Below are positions 7,530-13,814 of a DNA stretch of 14,276 nucleotides, piece after piece. The notes below the pieces were generated by a model. That model was not told the origin of the DNA, did no database searches, and saw nothing but the letters and a program-made list of their open reading frames with translations. Where the stretch lies: assembly GCA_035355175.1 (NCBI GenBank), contig DAOQBQ010000008.1:1-14276 (forward strand), read 5' to 3'. A program made the translations under genes and the position numbers. Every line of letters begins with the position of its first letter. The stretch's first letter is position 1. Source of the DNA: Candidatus Dojkabacteria bacterium (GTDB taxonomy: Bacteria > Patescibacteriota > Dojkabacteria > SC72).

Positions 7530-8819
7530 TTACGGAATCAATGATTTAAACCATTCTACTACTCTATTCTTAAAAGTTCCAACATTTTTACTCTTACCTG
7601 TATCAACATCTGCCTCATCATCAATTGCATATTTTATCAATCCCTGAACACATGCGAAAGATGGATCAGAAATCTCCTCTACCATACCTGTTAAGCCAGA
7701 AGGATACCCTATTCTAGAAGCAACACCAAATACACCTTGGGTAAATTTAGAGAGATCTCGTAAAAGTGCAGAGCCACCGGACAACACTATACCAGCAGGC
7801 ATATTAATCTTAAACCCAGCTTTCTGTACATTATCCTTTGCCATCTCAAATATCTCCTCACATCTTGCTTCAACAATATTTTTTAACATTTCTTTTGAAA
7901 CCTTCTTCTCGGGAATATCAATTATTGATAAATCTATCTCATCACCCTTTTTAAGCTTTGGCTCTTCTTCATCAACCCTTCTCAAAAGCGCAGGTGTAGA
8001 ATCTGAGGATAGTTTTTTTGACTTTGCTTTATTTTCAAATAAATCATTCATATGAACCTTAATCTTTTCAGCATCTTCTAATGATACCTGTAAACCAATA
8101 GCTATATCACTAGTAATATTAATACCACCCAATGGAACAGTTCCACTGTATATCACAGATCCCTCTTCAAATATTGAAATGCTGGTAGTACCAGCACCTA
8201 TATCTAAGAGAGTAACACCCAATTCTTTCTCTGTATCTGTTAAAACAGATAGAGAAGATGCCCAACCAGTAAATACAACATCATATACATTTAAACCCAA
8301 CTGCTCTACACATTTTTTTAAATTCTGCCAGTATGAATTCGGAGCTGTAATGATATGTGTTTCAACCTCCAATCTTGTACCAGACATACCTATTGGATAC
8401 TTAATACCACCTTGACTATCAACAACGAACTCTCTTGGAATTATATGTATCGGATTTAAGTTGTCAGGTAAAGAAAGTGTCCTAGCATTCTCAATAGCTC
8501 TATATGTATCATCCACAGTAATCTCAGAACTAGCTACAGCAACAACTCCTTTGTTGTTTAAACTAGTAACCAATTCCCCATTTATTGAAACAAAGACATC
8601 TGATACAGTAATACCCGCCATTCTTTCAGCAGCCATTACGCTCTCAGATATTGAATTCGTTGCATCATCAATATTAACTACAACCCCCTTTTTAATACCC
8701 TTACTAGGATATGAACAAACACCAATTACTGAAGGGGCTTGATTATCCTCTACTGAGGATATAACTGTTGTAATCTTTGAGGATCCAACATCTATTGCTG
8801 TTATTGTTTTCCGTGCCAT
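7530..8819 (-). CDS. ftsA: Cell division protein FtsA (actin-like ATPase)
   Basis: 429 aa. Phosphate-1 motif AIDVGSSKITTVIS, LLDIGAGTTSISIF, GIVLSGGSALL, and a C-terminal amphipathic helix VVEWFKSLIP. Sits directly upstream of ftsZ. Confidence 0.95.
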   Translation of the reverse strand: MARKTITAIDVGSSKITTVISSVEDNQAPSVIGVCSYPSKGIKKGVVVNIDDATNSISESVMAAERMAGITVSDVFVSINGELVTSLNNKGVVAVASSEITVDDTYRAIENARTLSLPDNLNPIHIIPREFVVDSQGGIKYPIGMSGTRLEVETHIITAPNSYWQNLKKCVEQLGLNVYDVVFTGWASSLSVLTDTEKELGVTLLDIGAGTTSISIFEEGSVIYSGTVPLGGINITSDIAIGLQVSLEDAEKIKVHMNDLFENKAKSKKLSSDSTPALLRRVDEEEPKLKKGDEIDLSIIDIPEKKVSKEMLKNIVEARCEEIFEMAKDNVQKAGFKINMPAGIVLSGGSALLRDLSKFTQGVFGVASRIGYPSGLTGMVEEISDPSFACVQGLIKYAIDDEADVDTGKSKNVGTFKNRVVEWFKSLIP

Positions 8820-8856
8820 ATGATTTAAAGGCAGTCAAATATTACTTAAATTTAAA

Positions 8857-8884
8857 ACTATATTTGTATATATAATATAGTCAA
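8857..8884 (-). promoter_or_regulatory. Candidate ftsA promoter: TTGACT (8884->8879), 16-nt spacer, TATAGT (8862->8857)
   Basis: Read on the minus strand in the 131-nt ftsQ-ftsA gap. 5/6 and 5/6 matches, and it would give a leader of about 30 nt. The AT-rich context lowers specificity. Confidence 0.3.
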
Positions 8885-8899
8885 AAAAGAGCAAATTAG

Positions 8900-8938
8900 C
8901 AAGAAGCATTTCTATTCTTACAAAGTATTGGCTTCTTG
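8900..8938. repeat. Perfect 8-bp inverted repeat CAAGAAGC / GCTTCTTG (8900-8907, 8931-8938) with a 23-nt loop
   Basis: Read directly. On the minus-strand transcript it is followed after 11 nt by a U6 run (plus-strand A6 at 8883-8888). The right arm overlaps a perfect minus-strand TTGACA (8942->8937). Confidence 0.5.
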
Positions 8939-8950
8939 TCAATAAAAGTA

Positions 8951-9721
8951 CTACTCTAGGTGCATTACCGGTCTTTCAAACCTTAAATCTAAACTACTGA
9001 ATTTTATCATATCTTCATCTATTTTTTGACAAACGATATATACCCTACCCAATTGCGTATCAAAATCATATGTCATATCAAAGATAAATATTTGACCCTC
9101 AATATCCTTAACCCTTGCTATACCATTACTAATTTCAATACTATCAACCATATATTCAAACTCAGAAAGTACTCTCTGAATACTACTAATCTCATCATAG
9201 AATATTAAAACTCCATTTCCCTCCAATGAGCTATCTGATACTAAATACAACTCAGTCGTTTTCTTTTCCAAGCACTCCTGTTCACACTCCTTACAAATCT
9301 CAGAAATCATCTTTCCTGTATCAGCGAAAAGAATACACCTGTCCGAAGAGTATCCCAAATATGTTGGTTTAAACTCTTTAATATTAATCTCTAACTTCCA
9401 AGGAAGTACCTTTTTAATATACACCTCTTTAATATATCCATTACTATCAAAAAGCTTCTTCTCAACATCGGAAATAGAAAGTAAAAATATATTCTCTCCA
9501 ATATACTTAGTAAGATATGAATCTAAATCACTACTTGAAACAGTATCTAATTCACTTCCACTGTAATCAAACTCTCTAACATTCCATAAACCAAAAAGAA
9601 AGGTTAAGAAGAAAAGAGAAATCGCTACTAGTAAAGGAAGAATCCTTTTTAGAAAAACGATTACAGGAAATCTTTTTACTTTGTTGATGACAAGCTCCCT
9701 CTTTTTATTACTCCCATTCAT
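8951..9721 (-). CDS. ftsQ: FtsQ/DivIB-like cell division protein (single N-terminal TM plus POTRA-type domain)
   Basis: 256 aa. Basic N-terminus, TM helix ILPLLVAISLFFLTFLFGLW, then a POTRA-like segment ending IKEVYIKKVLPWKLEINIKEFKP. Located immediately upstream of ftsA. Confidence 0.68.
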   Translation of the reverse strand: MNGSNKKRELVINKVKRFPVIVFLKRILPLLVAISLFFLTFLFGLWNVREFDYSGSELDTVSSSDLDSYLTKYIGENIFLLSISDVEKKLFDSNGYIKEVYIKKVLPWKLEINIKEFKPTYLGYSSDRCILFADTGKMISEICKECEQECLEKKTTELYLVSDSSLEGNGVLIFYDEISSIQRVLSEFEYMVDSIEISNGIARVKDIEGQIFIFDMTYDFDTQLGRVYIVCQKIDEDMIKFSSLDLRFERPVMHLE

Positions 9722-9780
9722 ACAGAAAGTTTATCTTACACAAGGAAAAAATAAAAGGAATTTTAACTAATTAAAATATC

Positions 9781-9789
9781 TGCTAATAT
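9781..9789 (+). promoter_or_regulatory. Candidate extended -10 element TGcTAATAT, 6 nt upstream of the DedA ATG
   Basis: Read directly. TGn plus a hexamer retaining -12T, -11A and -7T, then the spacer acctgt, then ATG 9796. Confidence 0.28.
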
Positions 9790-9795
9790 ACCTGT

Positions 9796-10416
9796 ATGCT
9801 CGATTTCATTCTAAATAAAAGTTTGAACCTATTAATAAATCTTAAATATCTAGGCCTATTTATCTCATCTCTGGGATTCCCTGTCCCAATAGAGATGATA
9901 ATATCTGTATTAGCAACTAAGGGTAATAGTATATATAAAATAGCATTAATATCTGGTTCTGGAAGTGTCCTTGGCTACCTATTCCCATACCTACTCGGAT
10001 ATATCTTTACAATAAAAAATCCTGATACATGGTTAGGTGGTAGAGCAAGGTTTTTAAGATTTGATAAAGAGAAAATAGAAAAAAGTAGAAAGAGAATCAT
10101 TAAAGGTAGTTTCTTTTACATAACTCTTACAAGATTTCTACCATGGTTAAGAGTAGCTGCAAGTATGGCTGCTGGTTTTTTTAGAGTAAATATATTTAAA
10201 CACTCTTTGGCTGTATTTATTGGTATGTTTACATACTCTTTAATAATTGCTTACATTGGTAAAAAAGTGGAGGGCGATCTTAGTGCTTTAATTACATATT
10301 TAAAAATGTCAGACAAGTGGTTAATAGCTATTGTCGTTACCTTTGCAATCATATATCTTGGCTTTAGACTAAGAAAACAGATAGCAAGGTTGATAATAAA
10401 AATTTCAAAGAAGTAA
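9796..10416 (+). CDS. DedA/SNARE-associated (VTT-domain) family membrane protein
   Basis: 206 aa, multi-pass. N-terminal LGLFISSLGFPVPIEMIISVLATKG resembles the DedA G.P.P.E...aG motif, with a later re-entrant-type segment FFYITLTRFLPWLRVAASMAAGFF. Family call is from pattern memory. Confidence 0.62.
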   Translation: MLDFILNKSLNLLINLKYLGLFISSLGFPVPIEMIISVLATKGNSIYKIALISGSGSVLGYLFPYLLGYIFTIKNPDTWLGGRARFLRFDKEKIEKSRKRIIKGSFFYITLTRFLPWLRVAASMAAGFFRVNIFKHSLAVFIGMFTYSLIIAYIGKKVEGDLSALITYLKMSDKWLIAIVVTFAIIYLGFRLRKQIARLIIKISKK

Positions 10417-10424
10417 CACACTGT

Positions 10425-10501
10425 TGGAGCGAGAGACGGGGGTCGAACCCGCGACCTACACATTGGCAATGTGTCGTTCTAGCCAACTGAACTACTCTCG
10501 C
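10425..10501 (-). tRNA. tRNA-Gly (anticodon GCC), CCA encoded
   Basis: Minus strand: GCGAGAG-TA-GTTC-AGTTGGCTA-GAAC-G-ACACA-TTGCCAA-TGTGT-AGGTC-GCGGG-TTCGACC-CCCGT-CTCTCGC-T-CCA. Full cloverleaf with G1-C2-G3 and U73, as expected for bacterial tRNA-Gly. Confidence 0.92.
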
Positions 10502-10502
10502 G

Positions 10503-10578
10503 TGGTGCCGAGACCCAGGCTCGGACTGGGGACCCTCTGTTCTTCAGACAGATGCTCTACCAACTGAGCTATCTCGGC
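10503..10578 (-). tRNA. tRNA-Phe (anticodon GAA), CCA encoded
   Basis: Minus strand: GCCGAGA-TA-GCTC-AGTTGGTA-GAGC-A-TCTGT-CTGAAGA-ACAGA-GGGTC-CCCAG-TCCGAGC-CTGGG-TCTCGGC-A-CCA. Full cloverleaf with A73. The T-loop reads TCCGAGC (C at position 55). Confidence 0.9.
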
Positions 10579-10593
10579 ATTCAGATGTAAAAA

Positions 10594-10622
10594 ATGATAT
10601 CAGATATCTATATTCTAATCAA
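10594..10622 (-). promoter_or_regulatory. Candidate promoter for the tRNA-Phe/tRNA-Gly pair: TTGATT (10622->10617), 17-nt spacer, TATCAT (10599->10594)
   Basis: Read on the minus strand. The -10 ends 15 nt before the mature tRNA-Phe 5' end. The spacer and -10 contain the tandem GATATCaGATATC (10596-10608). Confidence 0.35.
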
Positions 10623-10626
10623 CATT

Positions 10627-11316
10627 CTAATTTGATAGCACAATAGTTCCTCTTCTTCCTTTAAATACATTTACCTTCGTACTTCTTACAAACCCACCAA
10701 CCAGAATTAATATAACTCCCAAAATTATACCAACAGTATTAGTATCAATAGCTGTATCAGGTACATCCGCTCCCTCAATAGAAAATGTCGCAGAAGCAGG
10801 TTTACTGTTTAGAACATTAACAGTGGGAGAACCACTCTTAAGTATTACTGACATTAAAGACTCATCTTCACCAGAGTATTGAAATTCCAAAACCACAGGT
10901 TTACTACTTGTAGTTACAACCTCAAACTCTAATCTTGCAAATACATCTGGGTCACCCTCTGTAACATAGTAAACCTTTTTTTCAATATCTGTTGTTTGCC
11001 CAGTTAACATAACAATACCATTAGTATTGTCTGTACTAGTTTCCCCCTCTACCCACTCTTCAAACAGGTTATCATTACGATACGCTTCTCTTAATTTAAC
11101 AATTTTGGGATCAAATTTTACAACAGCCCTTGCCTTACTAATCTCATAGCTACCAGAATCTATTAATATATCAACAGTAAAACCCTCATTAACATCCTTA
11201 ACAATTCCACTAGATGGATAAAATGAAAAAGAAGCATCAGCAGCATAAATCTTAACAGCTGAGATACTAAGTATTAATAACATTAATAGAATTCCCCCTA
11301 TCTTTTTTACTCTCAT
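10627..11316 (-). CDS. Secreted cohesin-like (beta-sandwich) domain protein with a C-terminal membrane anchor
   Basis: I prefer ATG 11314-11316 (MRVKKIGGILLMLLILSISAVKIYA/AD, a classic signal peptide) over the track's GTG at 11334. The middle region matches the cohesin pattern (GFTVDILIDSG...ARAVVKFDPKIVKL...NGIVMLTG...VFARLEFEVV). The C-terminus is VPDTA..VGIILGVILILVGGFV-RSTK...KGRRG. Confidence 0.6.
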   Translation of the reverse strand: MRVKKIGGILLMLLILSISAVKIYAADASFSFYPSSGIVKDVNEGFTVDILIDSGSYEISKARAVVKFDPKIVKLREAYRNDNLFEEWVEGETSTDNTNGIVMLTGQTTDIEKKVYYVTEGDPDVFARLEFEVVTTSSKPVVLEFQYSGEDESLMSVILKSGSPTVNVLNSKPASATFSIEGADVPDTAIDTNTVGIILGVILILVGGFVRSTKVNVFKGRRGTIVLSN

Positions 11317-11324
11317 ATAAGTAG

Positions 11325-11333
11325 AATATACCA
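11325..11333 (-). promoter_or_regulatory. Candidate extended -10 element TGgTATATT, 8 nt upstream of ATG 11316
   Basis: Minus strand: cttgTGgTATATTctacttatATG. The hexamer matches 5/6 and has a TGn extension. It overlaps the alternative GTG start, which argues for the ATG. Confidence 0.3.
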
Positions 11334-11361
11334 CAAGTAGTTAATATAGCATACAAAAAAC

Positions 11362-12123
11362 ATGGAAATACTTAAAGTCATAATACTTGGTATAGAACAA
11401 GGCATTACTGAACTCCTTCCTGTATCCAGTAGTGCACACCTCTTACTAACAGCCCAACTATTAGATATAAAAATGGATACCTACTTACTCTCAGTTTTAC
11501 ACTTAGGTACAACAGTTGCATTAGTAATATACTTCTGGAAATTTCTTTTTAAAGATATCCTTAAAAAAGAGAAACTCTCTCTCTACCTAAAAATCATTAT
11601 CTCAGCAATTCCAGCAGGAATAATCGGATTACTCTTCGAATCAGTAATAGAAAACAAGTTTAGAGGAAACTTCATTATCGCTATCTCCTTAATACTTTGG
11701 GGAATTGTTATGATAATAATTGAAAAGAAATATAGAGCGAAAGAGGAAGAATTAACAAAAATATCTTGGAAACAATCTCTTGCAATGGGAATAAGTCAAA
11801 TAGTAGCACTGATACCTGGTGGTTCAAGATCTGGAATTACCACCATTACAGGAATGTTAATGGGAATCAATAAATATACGGCGCTACAGTTTTCATTCTT
11901 ACTTGGATTACCTATCCTATTTCTTGCTCCAATATATGAGATTGCAAAAGAGTACCCACAAAGAGTATTAAATACATCAGATATTTTAGGTATTGTTATA
12001 TCAGGAGTAATTACATATGTATGTCTATACTTACTTCAAAAGTTTAGCAAGTCAAATTGGTTGACCGTATTTGGGGTATACAGAGTGATACTTGGAATTA
12101 GTATATTAATATTTCTCCTTTAA
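11362..12123 (+). CDS. uppP: Undecaprenyl-diphosphate phosphatase (UppP/BacA)
   Basis: 253 aa, polytopic. Signature motifs GIEQGITELLPVSSSAHLLL and IPGGSRSGITTITGMLMG. Confidence 0.92.
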   Translation: MEILKVIILGIEQGITELLPVSSSAHLLLTAQLLDIKMDTYLLSVLHLGTTVALVIYFWKFLFKDILKKEKLSLYLKIIISAIPAGIIGLLFESVIENKFRGNFIIAISLILWGIVMIIIEKKYRAKEEELTKISWKQSLAMGISQIVALIPGGSRSGITTITGMLMGINKYTALQFSFLLGLPILFLAPIYEIAKEYPQRVLNTSDILGIVISGVITYVCLYLLQKFSKSNWLTVFGVYRVILGISILIFLL

Positions 12124-13772
12124 AATACATTCCTCAAATCCACACCAGTCATACTCTCTGGAGTATTCAATCCTATTAATCCTAAACATGTAGGTGCAAC
12201 ATCTGCTAGAAGACCTGTTACCTTAGCACTAGGACCTGTTCCTATCTTTTGTAAATTGACACCCGCCTTAGGAGTAATATTACTAATATCAGAAAGTATT
12301 GTTAAAGGTACAGGATTATTTGTATGTGATATATCTGCTTCCTTAGTTACCCTATTTACCATAGTCTCACAATTTCCATGATCTGCCGTAAGAATCATAG
12401 CTCCACCCATAGAAAGAGTGACTTTAGCAATATCTGCTGCCAAGCTATCACATATCTCATTTCCCTTAATTGTAGGCATAAATTCCCCCGTATGACCTAA
12501 CATATCTGGATTAGCAAAATTAATAACTATAAATTTGTAATTAAAAGCTTTCATGGCTTTAATTCTTTTTACCACCTCATCCCTGATAACTGGAGAGCTC
12601 ATCTGGGGAATAGTAGCATAATTTTCCACCTTAGGAGAGGGTATATTAAAAAAATCTTCTCCAGCATGTGCTAGCTCATTACCACCATTAAAGAAGTAAG
12701 TAACATGCATATGCTTTTCTGTTTCAGAAATATGTAACTGCTTAAATCCATTATCTGCCAAAATTTCAGCAATAGGTTTTTTAATCTCTTTTGGTGGAAA
12801 GATAACATGAGCGTTTATACCCTCCTCATAACCTGTCATAGTAACAAGATATAAATTCTCAGGATAATTTCTTCTTACAAAAAAATTAAAATCAGGAGAG
12901 ATAAAGGCTTTACTTAACTCCCTTGCCCTATCCTCTCTAAAATTCCAGAAAAGTAATACATCATTACTCTTAATTGCACCAACCGGTTGCCCCCTTTCAT
13001 CTACTTTCATTCTTGGTTTAAAGAACTGGTCCGTTTCATTTATTGAATATGCCTTTTGCAATGCTAAAACAGCATCTTTAAAACTCTCCTGAGACAAACC
13101 TACCATTGCATCATATGCAAGTTTAATTCTCTCCCATCTATCATCTCTATCCATACCAAAGAATCTACCATGCATAGAAGCTATCCTACCTACTCCAACC
13201 TCTCTAATCTTCTCATTCAATTTATTCAAATACAAAAAGCCATCCTTAGGAGGAGTATCTCTACCATCAAGGATAATATGTATAAATGGATTAATACCAT
13301 TAACCTTACATATATCTAATAGTGAGAAAAGATGTTTAATATGTCCATGTACACCAGCAGCACTCAATACACCAACCAAATGCATATTAGAACCTCTTTT
13401 CTTTAATTCTAAAAAAGCATCCCTTAAAGTTGAATTAGTATCTAATTCATGTGCGGATATAGCATCATTAATTCTTGGTAAAGATTGATAAACAACCTGA
13501 CCAGCACCTAGATTAAGATGACCCACCTCAGAGTTACCCGCCTCCTCTGCAGGTAAGCCTACATAAGTACCAGATGCATTTATTAATGTAGACCTACCAT
13601 AAGTCCAAGCGGTATCAAAGAAAGGAGTCTTTGCAGCCAATACTGCATTACCCTCTGGATCGGGATGAACTCCAAAACCATCTAATATCAACAAAACAAC
13701 AAAGTTCTTTCTCTCTTCCTGTAACTGTTGCTTTACCTCCTGTGGACTTTTCATTGCATTTAAACCAAACAT
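12120..13772 (-). CDS. gpmI: 2,3-bisphosphoglycerate-independent phosphoglycerate mutase (iPGM)
   Basis: 550 aa. LLILDGFGV, catalytic-Ser region GNSEVGHLNLGAGQVVYQ, ILDGRDTPP, NFANPDMLGHTG, TADHGN. Confidence 0.95.
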   Translation of the reverse strand: MFGLNAMKSPQEVKQQLQEERKNFVVLLILDGFGVHPDPEGNAVLAAKTPFFDTAWTYGRSTLINASGTYVGLPAEEAGNSEVGHLNLGAGQVVYQSLPRINDAISAHELDTNSTLRDAFLELKKRGSNMHLVGVLSAAGVHGHIKHLFSLLDICKVNGINPFIHIILDGRDTPPKDGFLYLNKLNEKIREVGVGRIASMHGRFFGMDRDDRWERIKLAYDAMVGLSQESFKDAVLALQKAYSINETDQFFKPRMKVDERGQPVGAIKSNDVLLFWNFREDRARELSKAFISPDFNFFVRRNYPENLYLVTMTGYEEGINAHVIFPPKEIKKPIAEILADNGFKQLHISETEKHMHVTYFFNGGNELAHAGEDFFNIPSPKVENYATIPQMSSPVIRDEVVKRIKAMKAFNYKFIVINFANPDMLGHTGEFMPTIKGNEICDSLAADIAKVTLSMGGAMILTADHGNCETMVNRVTKEADISHTNNPVPLTILSDISNITPKAGVNLQKIGTGPSAKVTGLLADVAPTCLGLIGLNTPESMTGVDLRNVF

Positions 13773-13800
13773 ATTACGATACTTTTTTAATTTGAATTAG

Positions 13801-13806
13801 TATAAT
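13801..13806 (+). promoter_or_regulatory. Candidate -10 box TATAAT, 8 nt upstream of the prfB ATG
   Basis: Perfect hexamer read directly, but there is no convincing -35 and no TGn extension (tag precedes it). Confidence 0.25.
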
Positions 13807-13814
13807 ATACAAGA

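Noticed and set aside
8509-8517. DnaA-box-like 9-mer TCATCCACA, an 8/9 match to TTATCCACA.
   Set aside because: It is a single isolated copy inside the ftsA coding sequence. There is no cluster and no adjacent AT-rich unwinding element, so there is no evidence for an origin in this window despite the presence of parAB.
8835-8909. 24-codon minus-strand sORF (MLLANLLFFDYIIYTNIVLNLSNI) in the ftsQ-ftsA gap.
   Set aside because: There is no ribosome-binding or conservation evidence available. It overlaps the candidate ftsA promoter. Its hydrophobic composition is what AT-rich non-coding DNA gives by chance.
781-10469. Antisense ORFs in the supplied track: 781-1101, 1187-1375, 1350-1655, 2944-3177, 4822-5058, 5725-6069, 6758-6994, 8179-8415, 8461-8742, 9026-9208 and 10251-10469.
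   Set aside because: Each lies wholly or mostly opposite a confidently identified conserved gene or the tRNA pair. Their low-complexity compositions are typical of shadow frames in AT-rich DNA, and none has a recognisable motif. 10251-10469 runs straight through tRNA-Gly.
10596-10609. Tandem GATATCaGATATC and the palindrome AGATATCT upstream of tRNA-Phe, as a possible operator.
   Set aside because: It is short and AT-rich and does not recur elsewhere in the window. It is probably just promoter spacer sequence. It is noted in the promoter feature only.
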